DNA of 20,000 bases from Kiritimatiellia bacterium (GTDB lineage: Bacteria; Verrucomicrobiota; Kiritimatiellia; RFP12; JBMNHG01). Made by a program: the position numbers and the translations under genes. The notes beneath the pieces were generated by a model. That model ran no database searches. It was not told the origin of the DNA and saw only the letters and a list, made by a program, of their open reading frames with translations. The DNA lies in assembly GCA_050950285.1 (NCBI GenBank), contig JBMNHG010000002.1, positions 1,061,680 through 1,081,679 of the forward strand, given 5' to 3'. The stretch's first letter is position 1; the number at the start of each line of letters is the position of its first letter. Below, piece after piece: positions 1 through 7,185 of this stretch.

Positions 1-1081
1 AGGGGGAGATCATCCGGAAGGGCCCCAGGAAGGCGTCCTGCAGGCGGCTCCCCGTGAAGCCCGGAACGCGTCCGAGCGGGGCGGGGCGCCTGGGGTTGTG
101 CTCGCGGAGGTTCGTCTCCAGGAAATCCAGGATGCGCGGATCCTCGAGGGCCGTCGCCGCGATGCCGTGGGCTTCGTCGGGGAAGACGATCCACTCCACC
201 TTGTCGCCGCCCGATTTCCGGAGGAGGTCTACGGGGTAGCGCCCCTGCCGGAGGGGGACCAGCGGATCGAGCGCGCCGTGCACCGCCAGCACGGGAGTGT
301 CGAGGAGGCGCGGAAGCCAGGCCGAGCCGAACTGGGTGTCCACGATGGGACGGAGCCAGGGGGCGGTTTCCCCGGGCGTCGTCTCGTTCCACAGGTAGTA
401 GTCCGAACGGCCGCTCATCACGAAGAGCGCGTTGAAGCGCTCGGCGAAGCGCCCGCCGATGCTCCACGCGCCCATGCCGCCCATGGAATAGCCCGCAAGC
501 ACGACGCGGCCGCGATCCACGGGATAGCGCTCGACCATTTCGTCGATCACGCGGAGCACATCCTGCTCGCCCACGCCCTGGAAATCGGTGTTGCTCCGTC
601 CGAAGGGGACGGCGATGCAGGCGCTCGCGCGCTCCGCGATGGAGGTCATCGGCGACGGGATGGCGGGAACGTTCACCAGGTCGTAGTAGGGGACGTATCC
701 GTGGAGATAGACGAGAAGCGGCATGCCGCTTCCGGCCTCCTCCGGCGGGGGTGCGGAATGCGGGACGTAGCTCCAGAAGGGCTGGGCGGAACCGTCGTTC
801 CCGGCGAAATAGGCCTCGATCCGGGCGCCGGGCGGGCGGGCGGGCGGAACGTCGCCGACGAGGTTTTCGAGGGCTTCGGCGAGATCGGCCTGCTCCTGTT
901 CGAGGAACGCGTCGAATCCGGGGGCGCCGCGATAGGAGCGCTCCAGCGCGGCGATGCGATCCGCATGGAAGCGGGCGCGGGCGCATTCGTTCGTGCGCCA
1001 GGCCGTGGAGGGTGCGGCGGCGGCGGCACCCGCCAGCGCAGCGAGTCCGAGACAGGGCAGAAGGTTCGCGAGGCGTTTCAT
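1..1081 (-). CDS. Secreted alpha/beta-hydrolase (esterase / S9 peptidase-like), 3' end beyond the window edge
   Basis: Not in the ORF track; translated by hand from the ATG at 1081: MKRLANLLPCLGLAALAGAAAAAPST (signal-peptide-like), LLVYLHGY, nucleophile elbow LAGYSMGG, VHGALDPLV (Asp), FPDEAHG (His). The frame stays open to base 2. Confidence 0.85.
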   Translation of the reverse strand, partial: MKRLANLLPCLGLAALAGAAAAAPSTAWRTNECARARFHADRIAALERSYRGAPGFDAFLEQEQADLAEALENLVGDVPPARPPGARIEAYFAGNDGSAQPFWSYVPHSAPPPEEAGSGMPLLVYLHGYVPYYDLVNVPAIPSPMTSIAERASACIAVPFGRSNTDFQGVGEQDVLRVIDEMVERYPVDRGRVVLAGYSMGGMGAWSIGGRFAERFNALFVMSGRSDYYLWNETTPGETAPWLRPIVDTQFGSAWLPRLLDTPVLAVHGALDPLVPLRQGRYPVDLLRKSGGDKVEWIVFPDEAHGIAATALEDPRILDFLETNLREHNPRRPAPLGRVPGFTGSRLQDAFLGPFRMISP

Positions 1082-1097
1082 GGGGTGTTCCGGGGCG

Positions 1098-3413
1098 CTA
1101 GACCATGCCGCGACGTTTGCGGAGGAGGCAGTCGAGACAGACCACCAGGAAGACGGTCGCGAGGGTCAGCGGCAGGTTCCAGAGGGGGATGGTGCAGGCC
1201 TGCGAGACGCGGCGGGGCGAAGCTCCGAGCCGGCGGGCGAAGGCCTCCATCGCGGAGGCATCGACCACCTCGCCGCCCGTGGCCCCGGCCAGCGCGCGCA
1301 TCGCCTCGGGGGCGGCGCGGGGGGATTCGAGCTCGTCGTCGCCCGGCCCGGCGTGAATCGTCTCGGCGTGGACACGGTCCTTGTAGGTGGCGGCGACCGT
1401 CCAGTCGCCGGGTTCGTCGAGCGTCACCTCGTACTCGTAGAGGCCCGGCGTCGCGCGGCCGTCCGCCGGATAGATGTCGTACTCGCGCCCGGAGGGGGAA
1501 GCCACGTGCACCGTGAGGGCGGCCCCGCGGATGGGCTGGAAGAGCGGATCGACCAGGCGGGTGGAGAGCGAAACCGTCTCGCCGACGGCGGGGTTCGCAC
1601 GGTCGCGGGCGATGCGCGGGCGGCCCGGCTGCATGCGGGGATCGGGCGCGAGATGGCGCACCACGTTGCCCCAGAAGCGGCGGTAGTGGTCGGGGGCCTC
1701 GGCGGCGCGCTGCATCTCCCAGCGCCAGGTGGTGTCGATGGCCAGGCCGAGCACGCGGCCTTTGCCGACCTCCTGGATCGCGACGACCGGCATCGCGTCC
1801 TCCCCGGACGTGCGGACGGCGAGCACGGAGGCGCCCGGCCGGGCGCGGCCCACCCGGTTGCAACCGTCGAGACGGGGAAGGTCGTACCAGGCGTCGCGGT
1901 TGGCTTCGGCGTCGTCTTCGAGACGCATCAGCGGATGGGAGAGGCCCAGCGGGGTGGGCTCGATGGGGAAGACGCCGGGAACCTGGCTGTCGCCCTGCGC
2001 GACCAGCTCGAAGGGGAGGATGGACGCGAGGGCGGAACCGCCGTAGCCGCCGGCGCCGTACACCGACCGGCCGCCCAGGGTGACGAGCCCGCCGCCGCGG
2101 CGGGCGACGAACTCCACAAGCCAGCGGAGCTTCGTCTCGTTCACGTCGCCGCCGGCGCGGAAATCGGCGCGCGGGATGTCGCCAAGCACGATGACGTCAT
2201 ACTGGTAGAGATCCGCCTCGGCGCCGGGGAGGCCGTCCTGGATGTCCTTGTGGAGCATTGCGCCCTGCGCGAACCATCCCCCCTTGGGCATGCGGGTGAG
2301 GGAGGCGAAATCCACCGCGGGGTCGCGGGCGAGCCAGATGCCCAGGATCTTGCGCTCGTCGCGCGGGATGTCCACATACAGCACGCGGATCTTTTCGTCC
2401 ACGACTTCCACGCGATGCCCGGCGACAAGCCGCCGGTCGCTGGCCGAGCCCTCGAGCCCCTCCATCGCGATGCGGTAGGTCTTCAGGCCAGGGGTGGACG
2501 GTTTGACGGCGAAGGAGACGGCGACCGGCCCGGCGCCGCCCACGCGCACCTGCTCGCGGGAGGCCAGCGGAACGGAGGACCCCTCCTCGTAGAGGGAGAC
2601 GCGCACGGGCTGCTCGGCAACGCCGCTGGCCGAAACGTGCGCGGAGAGGACGAACGTGTCGCCGAGACGCACGTACGGCGCGGAGGAGGCCATGCGGACG
2701 ACGCCCATCGCGGGCGTGTCGTCGCGCCCGAAGACCACAGGGTAGACCGGGATGCCGCGCGCGCGGAGAAGCGGGATCACCTGCGCCCCGCGGTCGCCGC
2801 CGGTGTCGTTGCCGTCGGTAAGCAACACGACCGCCTCGATGCGATCCTCGCGGCGGAGCAGTTCGGCGAGGGCGTCGGCAATGCGCGTGGCGCCCTCGTC
2901 GGTCGCCGCGGGCGCGGCGTCCAGCGGAGCCAGGCGCCAGGTGAATCCATAGCGGGCGAAGCGGAGACGGCGGCCCGCGGCCTTTTCGAGGGCGTCGGAG
3001 GCGGCGGAGGCGGCTTCGAGGCGCGTCTTCCCGCCGGCGGCGTCGCGCAAGCCCATGCTGGCCGACGTATCATGCAGCACCGCGATGGAAGGCGGCAGGT
3101 CGCGATCGACCGTGAGCCGGAGTTCGACCTGCGCAAGCATCAGCAAAAGCACCCCTACCCCGAGGAGACGGAGCAGGACCAGCGTGGCGCGCGTACGACG
3201 GGGCAACACCGTGGAAGGCAGCAGGTTCAAGCCGGCGGCGGCGAGACCGAGCACGGCCACGAGAATCACGGCCCACGGCGGAAGGGGACGAACGACGGCG
3301 AAACTCGCGTCGCGCACGCCGGCGACCGTCGAAGCATCGTGCACGCCCAGAAGCGGCCAGAACCAGGCGAACTGGGCATGGCCGCCCGCATGTCGGGATG
3401 TCATCGGATTCAT
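1098..3413 (-). CDS. Membrane-anchored protein with vWA (MIDAS) domain, Ig-like region and GATase1-like domain
   Basis: Track ORF 1098..3671, start moved to ATG 3413 (3404 is also possible). Two N-terminal TM helices, HDTSASM and LLTDG vWA motifs, YDVIVLGD / GGGLVTLGG / TWRW motifs of GATase1-like domains, C-terminal TM followed by RKRRG. Confidence 0.8.
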   Translation of the reverse strand: MNPMTSRHAGGHAQFAWFWPLLGVHDASTVAGVRDASFAVVRPLPPWAVILVAVLGLAAAGLNLLPSTVLPRRTRATLVLLRLLGVGVLLLMLAQVELRLTVDRDLPPSIAVLHDTSASMGLRDAAGGKTRLEAASAASDALEKAAGRRLRFARYGFTWRLAPLDAAPAATDEGATRIADALAELLRREDRIEAVVLLTDGNDTGGDRGAQVIPLLRARGIPVYPVVFGRDDTPAMGVVRMASSAPYVRLGDTFVLSAHVSASGVAEQPVRVSLYEEGSSVPLASREQVRVGGAGPVAVSFAVKPSTPGLKTYRIAMEGLEGSASDRRLVAGHRVEVVDEKIRVLYVDIPRDERKILGIWLARDPAVDFASLTRMPKGGWFAQGAMLHKDIQDGLPGAEADLYQYDVIVLGDIPRADFRAGGDVNETKLRWLVEFVARRGGGLVTLGGRSVYGAGGYGGSALASILPFELVAQGDSQVPGVFPIEPTPLGLSHPLMRLEDDAEANRDAWYDLPRLDGCNRVGRARPGASVLAVRTSGEDAMPVVAIQEVGKGRVLGLAIDTTWRWEMQRAAEAPDHYRRFWGNVVRHLAPDPRMQPGRPRIARDRANPAVGETVSLSTRLVDPLFQPIRGAALTVHVASPSGREYDIYPADGRATPGLYEYEVTLDEPGDWTVAATYKDRVHAETIHAGPGDDELESPRAAPEAMRALAGATGGEVVDASAMEAFARRLGASPRRVSQACTIPLWNLPLTLATVFLVVCLDCLLRKRRGMV

Positions 3414-3447
3414 GGGAGAGACAAATCGGAAGAATTCCCCTGAAACA

Positions 3448-3464
3448 AGCAAGGTTTGTGCCGA
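3448..3464 (-). promoter_or_regulatory. Candidate sigma-54 (-24/-12) promoter for the vWA/hydrolase genes
   Basis: Minus strand reads TCGGCACAAACCTTGCT: GG-N10-GC, close to TGGCAC-N5-TTGC, ending 34 nt upstream of the ATG at 3413. Confidence 0.6.
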
Positions 3465-3650
3465 GTGCCCCGCCAGGCCATCCGCCAGGCCGGAAACCGG
3501 CGCGAAACGCTGGGGTTCAGATGCGCATAAAATCGTGGCCTGAAGGGCCACCTCAAGGAAACGCGCCACGTGGGGATCTGTTATGTTCTTGTCAGGACGG
3601 CGTTTTTGGTTGGCCGATGTCCGATGATGTGGTAAATGCACATCCATTTG

Positions 3651-3737
3651 GCGACGCCCATCGACTGACATCGACTGACGCCGGCTCCTCCGCTGCTGAC
3701 GGTAGTCGAGTCAGTCGACGTCAGTCGAAAAAAGGAA
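3651..3737. repeat. Left palindromic repeat built from 9-10 bp units (TCGACTGAC / GTCAGTCGA)
   Basis: 3661-3679 pairs with 3710-3728 (18 of 19 bp). 3688-3737 is repeated directly at 4531-4589. Ends in AAAAAAGGAA, with AAGGAA 7 nt before the ATG at 3745. Confidence 0.9.
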
Positions 3738-3744
3738 CCCCTCC

Positions 3745-4542
3745 ATGAAGCTCTTCAAGAAATACGGCGGCTACCGCAAGCTGGACAGCTTCACGCTGGC
3801 CGGCGTGATCCAGCTTGCGAACTGGCGCTTCTGCACGACCTTTCTCGACCGCACGATCGACCCCTGCGGCCGCCAGTTCGACCAGATGACGCAGGCCGCG
3901 CGCTCGGGGCGCGTGAACATCGCCGAGGGCTCGGAACGCGCCAGCACCTCGGCCGAGACGGAGATGAAGTTGACCGACGTGGCGCGCGCCAGCCTGGGCG
4001 AACTCAAGGCCGACTATGAGTTCTGGCTGCTGTCGCGCCGCAAGCTGCCGTGGAAGGTGCCGTCGCCGGAGGCCTGCGAGGTGCTCGACCTGCGCCTCGA
4101 CCCGAACCCGCTGGGCGAGGGCGATGGCCTGCACGAGGCTTCGGCCTATCTGCTGGCGCAATACGACAAGTTCGCCCGCTGGCTGGACAGCGACGACCCC
4201 GACTTGGTCGCCAACGCCATGCTGCTGCTGATCGGCCGCGCCCTGAACATGCTCGCGCGTCAGAAGGAGACGCAGGGCGAGATTTTCCGCGAAGAGGGCG
4301 GCTTCCGCGAGCGGCTGACCGCCGCCCGGCTGGAGACCCGCGACCAGCAGCAGGCCGAAGCCGGCGCGCCGCAATGCCCCGAGTGCGGCAAGCCGATGCG
4401 CCAGCGCACGGCCAAGAGCGGCCCGCACGCCGGACAGCCCTTCTGGGGCTGCACCGGGTATCCCGCGTGCAAAGGCACGCGGGAGATCGACGCCCCTCGA
4501 CGCCCCTCGACTGACGCCGACTGGGGGCGACTCCGCTGCTGA
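3745..4542 (+). CDS. Four-helix-bundle protein (TIGR02436 / 23S rRNA IVP / Avd-like) with suffix domain (TIGR04258-like) and topoisomerase-type C4 zinc ribbon
   Basis: GGYRKL at the N-terminus, DQMTQAARSGRVNIAEGS and ARASLGELKADY family motifs, FREEGGFRERL suffix motif, CPECG...FWGCTGYPAC zinc ribbon; SD-like AAGGAA upstream. Confidence 0.88.
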   Translation: MKLFKKYGGYRKLDSFTLAGVIQLANWRFCTTFLDRTIDPCGRQFDQMTQAARSGRVNIAEGSERASTSAETEMKLTDVARASLGELKADYEFWLLSRRKLPWKVPSPEACEVLDLRLDPNPLGEGDGLHEASAYLLAQYDKFARWLDSDDPDLVANAMLLLIGRALNMLARQKETQGEIFREEGGFRERLTAARLETRDQQQAEAGAPQCPECGKPMRQRTAKSGPHAGQPFWGCTGYPACKGTREIDAPRRPSTDADWGRLRC

Positions 4543-4589
4543 CGGTAGTCGAGTCAGTCGAGTCAGTCGACGTCAGTCGAAAAAAGGAA
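4487..4589. repeat. Right palindromic repeat, a direct copy of the left one with one extra 9-bp unit
   Basis: 10-bp period TCGACGCCCC TCGACGCCCC TCGACTGACG CCGACTGGGG, then 4531-4589 identical to 3688-3737 except for an additional GTCAGTCGA. Overlaps the last codons and stop of the four-helix-bundle gene. Confidence 0.9.
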
Positions 4590-4669
4590 ACATACACCTG
4601 AAACCGAACCTGAACCTGAAACGGACGCTTTTGGCGTTAGACGACGAAAGTGACCGGTATTTGGACGCT

Positions 4670-4703
4670 GGGGGAAGTTTCGTTGTTGGGGGGAAGTTTC
4701 GTT
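4670..4703. repeat. 15-bp direct repeat GGGGGAAGTTTCGTT x2 (19-bp period)
   Basis: Exact copies at 4670-4684 and 4689-4703; the second touches the -35 hexamer at 4703. Confidence 0.8.
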
Positions 4704-4731
4704 TGACGCCTCCGAAGGGTTCTGGTATCCT
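4703..4731 (+). promoter_or_regulatory. Sigma-70-type promoter for the small ORF and tRNA-Cys
   Basis: TTGACG (4703-4708), 17-bp spacer ending in TGG (extended -10), TATCCT (4726-4731). Confidence 0.7.
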
Positions 4732-4741
4732 GGTTCTCCTT

Positions 4742-4840
4742 ATGGGACAACAGCTTCGTGTTCGTCTGAAACGCGCTCGGCGCGCGCGCCGCAAGAAGAG
4801 GGTCCAAGCCCGTCTGGCCGCCGCCAAGTCCGCGAAGTAG
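4742..4840 (+). CDS. Small, highly basic 32-aa protein of unknown function
   Basis: ATG 4742 to TAG 4840: MGQQLRVRLKRARRARRKKRVQARLAAAKSAK (9 R, 5 K, no acidic residue). Fills the gap between the promoter and the tRNA. Confidence 0.65.
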   Translation: MGQQLRVRLKRARRARRKKRVQARLAAAKSAK

Positions 4841-4850
4841 GCATTTTCAA

Positions 4851-4924
4851 GGCGTGGTAGCCAAGCGGTTAGGCAGAGGACTGCAAATCCTTTTAGAGCG
4901 GTTCGACTCCGCTCCACGCCTCCA
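4851..4924 (+). tRNA. tRNA-Cys (anticodon GCA)
   Basis: Acceptor stem GGCGTGG/CCACGCC, discriminator T plus encoded CCA, anticodon arm GAGGA-CTGCAAA-TCCTT (GCA at 4883-4885), T-loop GGTTCGACTCC. Confidence 0.97.
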
Positions 4925-4944
4925 TCCTTCGACTGCAACAGGAG

Positions 4945-4986
4945 AAGGCTTGCGCCGGTGTCTGCCGCGTGCAAGCCTTGTTTTTT
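4945..4986 (+). terminator. Probable intrinsic terminator after tRNA-Cys
   Basis: AAGGCTTGC (4945-4953) pairs with GCAAGCCTT (4971-4979), followed by GTTTTTT. Confidence 0.65.
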
Positions 4987-5033
4987 GGCGCCCTCCTCCC
5001 GGCAATCGCCATCTTCACCCCCCCCGATTCCCC

Positions 5034-5831
5034 ATGAATCTTTCCTTTGCGGAACTGGCCCCCAGGGTGCGCATCGTGCTTGTGGAGACGCTTTACAGCG
5101 GCAACATCGGCTCGGTGTGCCGCTCCATGGCGAACATGGGGCTCTCCGACCTCGCGCTGGTTTCCCCGCAGGCGGTGGACGGATGGGAGGAAGCCGCCCG
5201 CCTGGCCTGCCACGCCACGGACATCCTGGAGACGCGCCGCGAATTCCCCACCCTGGCCGACGCCATCGCGGACTGCACGATGGTGGCAGGGGCCACGGCG
5301 CGGCTCGGGCTCTACCGGCAGCATGTGCGTCCTCCGCGCGAAATCGCCCCGGAGGTCTGGAAGACCGCCGCGGCGGGCGGCCGCGTGGCGATGGTCTTCG
5401 GCCGCGAGGACAAGGGGCTTCTCAACGACGAAATCGTCCAATGCACCCATCTGGTGCGGATTCCGGCCTCGGCGGACTACCTTTCGCTCAACCTCTCGCA
5501 GGCGGTGATGGTCTGCACCTACGAGCTTTTCATGGCGCGCGGGGACTACGAGCAGCCCCGGGAGAAATCCCTTCCCGCCACCGCCGCCCAGCGGGCGCAG
5601 ATGATGGCGATGTGGCGCCGTCTGCTGCTGCTCACCGGCTTCATGGAAGAGGACAAGGCAGACCACATGATGCAGGGCTTCCAGCGCATCTTCACGCGGG
5701 GCGCGGTCACCGACGACGACCTCCGCATCCTCATGGGCGTCGCCCGCCAGGCCGAATGGGCGGCCCGCGCCGATCCTTCCATGCTTCCCGGCGCCGCCTC
5801 GCCCGGCCTTCCGGGCGGCCGCCGCACCTGA
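5034..5831 (+). CDS. trmJ: TrmJ/LasT-family SPOUT RNA 2'-O-methyltransferase
   Basis: Start moved to ATG 5034 because the track start runs through the tRNA. RIVLVE...GNIGSVCRSMANMG, VFGREDKGL, YLSLNLSQAV motifs and a helical C-terminal extension. Confidence 0.85.
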   Translation: MNLSFAELAPRVRIVLVETLYSGNIGSVCRSMANMGLSDLALVSPQAVDGWEEAARLACHATDILETRREFPTLADAIADCTMVAGATARLGLYRQHVRPPREIAPEVWKTAAAGGRVAMVFGREDKGLLNDEIVQCTHLVRIPASADYLSLNLSQAVMVCTYELFMARGDYEQPREKSLPATAAQRAQMMAMWRRLLLLTGFMEEDKADHMMQGFQRIFTRGAVTDDDLRILMGVARQAEWAARADPSMLPGAASPGLPGGRRT

Positions 5832-5855
5832 CCTCCCACCCGCACCTCCCCCGCC

Positions 5856-7064
5856 ATGGTCGTCTGGATCAACAACCCCTTCGACAACCTCCCCGAGGAA
5901 GGCGCCCGCCCCCAGCGCTACGCCATCCTCACGCGGGAACTCGCGCGCCGCGGACACGAGGTGACGTGGTGGACCAGCGACTTCAGCCACGTCCACAAGG
6001 CTCCACGCCCGGTTCCCGCGCGCCGCTGGAAACCGGGCGACGGCGCGGAGGTGCGCCTGATCCCCACCCTCCCCTACCCCCGCAACCTCTGCCTGGCCCG
6101 GATCCGCAGCCACCGCGCCTACGCCGAAAGCTGGAAACGCCTCGCGGAAGCCGCCGCGAACGCGGGGGAACTCGCCCGGCCGGATCTCGTGCTGACCAGC
6201 CTCCCCCCGCTCGGCACGGCGGAAATCGCCCGATCCTTCCGCGACCGCTGGGGATGCCGCGTCGTGGTGGACATCATGGACGCCTGGCCCGAAACCTTCT
6301 GCCAGGCGCTGCCCCTCCCCCGCCGCCTCGCGACCCTTGCCGGGCGCCTCCTTTTCGCCTCCGCATGGCGGCAGGCGCGGCGTGCCGTCCGCGAGGCCGA
6401 CGCCGTTTCCGCCGTCGGCGAAAGCTACCTTTCCTGGGCGCGGCAGCTCGGGGCCACGGCTCCGGGCACCGTCTGCCACCATGGGATTGACCTGCCCGCT
6501 CCGGGCGAAGCCTCCGCGCCCGGCTCCGGGCTGCGCCTGGTCTACGTCGGGAACATGGGGCGCTCGTACGACCTTCGCACGCTGCTCGAAGCCGTCCGCG
6601 GGCTCGACGACGTCCGTCTCGACCTGGCCGGCACGGGCCCCGACGAACCCGCGCTCCGCGCACAGGCGGCGGAGGAGATCCGGACGGGGCGCGTTCGGTT
6701 CCACGGCCAGCTCCCCGCGCCGGAACTCGGCGCCCTGCTCGCGCAAGCGCACGTCGGGGTGATTCCGATGTTTGATCGCTCGCGGGTGGCGACGCCCTAC
6801 AAGCTGGCCGACTATGCGGCGGCGGGCGTCGCGATTCTCGAGACGCTCCCGGGGGAGACCCGTTCGCTCGTCGAATCCTACGGCGCGGGCCTCTGGCATC
6901 CCGCAGGCGATGTGGCGGCGTGCCGCGAAGCCATCCGGCGCCTGGCAGACCATCCCGGACTGCTCGCGGCATGCCGCGCCGGGGCCCGGCGTCTCGCGGA
7001 GGAGCGCTTCGACGCGGCGGCAATCTACCCCGCCTTCTGCGAATGGCTGGAAAAGCGGCCGTGA
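5856..7064 (+). CDS. Glycosyltransferase family 4 (GT-B)
   Basis: ELARRGHEVTWWTS, VVDIMDAWPE, VYVGNMGRSYDL, PYKLADYAAAG, ERFD near the C-terminus. Confidence 0.9.
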   Translation: MVVWINNPFDNLPEEGARPQRYAILTRELARRGHEVTWWTSDFSHVHKAPRPVPARRWKPGDGAEVRLIPTLPYPRNLCLARIRSHRAYAESWKRLAEAAANAGELARPDLVLTSLPPLGTAEIARSFRDRWGCRVVVDIMDAWPETFCQALPLPRRLATLAGRLLFASAWRQARRAVREADAVSAVGESYLSWARQLGATAPGTVCHHGIDLPAPGEASAPGSGLRLVYVGNMGRSYDLRTLLEAVRGLDDVRLDLAGTGPDEPALRAQAAEEIRTGRVRFHGQLPAPELGALLAQAHVGVIPMFDRSRVATPYKLADYAAAGVAILETLPGETRSLVESYGAGLWHPAGDVAACREAIRRLADHPGLLAACRAGARRLAEERFDAAAIYPAFCEWLEKRP

Positions 7065-7185
7065 ACGGTCATCCCGCCCGGTCGCGAAGCGGACGGCATG
7101 CGCATCCGCGCGCGGCCGCGTCGCCGAAGGCCGGGCAGACCCTCTCGCTCGTCGTCGTCCCGCCCTTTTTGCGGGCTTCGACGGC

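Noticed and set aside
3414..3671. Upstream extensions of track ORFs (also 4854-5033, 8038-8421, 14404-14721, 14784-15749)
   Set aside because: They run through promoters, repeats, the tRNA or other genes and show no family motifs; downstream ATGs fit better.
3661..3737. Flanking hairpins as intrinsic terminators
   Set aside because: On the plus strand they are followed by an A run, and on the minus strand the T run precedes the stem, so neither orientation fits.
3745..4542. Diversity-generating retroelement, given the Avd-like fold
   Set aside because: No reverse transcriptase in the window and no TR/VR pair differing at adenines; the repeats differ only by unit number.
3651..4589. CRISPR array or integron attC cassette
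   Set aside because: Only two repeat copies about 840 bp apart, no spacers, no cas or integrase gene in the window, and no attC-type RYYYAAC/GTTRRRY ends seen.
4851..4924. tRNA-Cys as an integration site for an island
   Set aside because: No duplicate of the tRNA 3' end and no integrase seen in the window; downstream genes are housekeeping.
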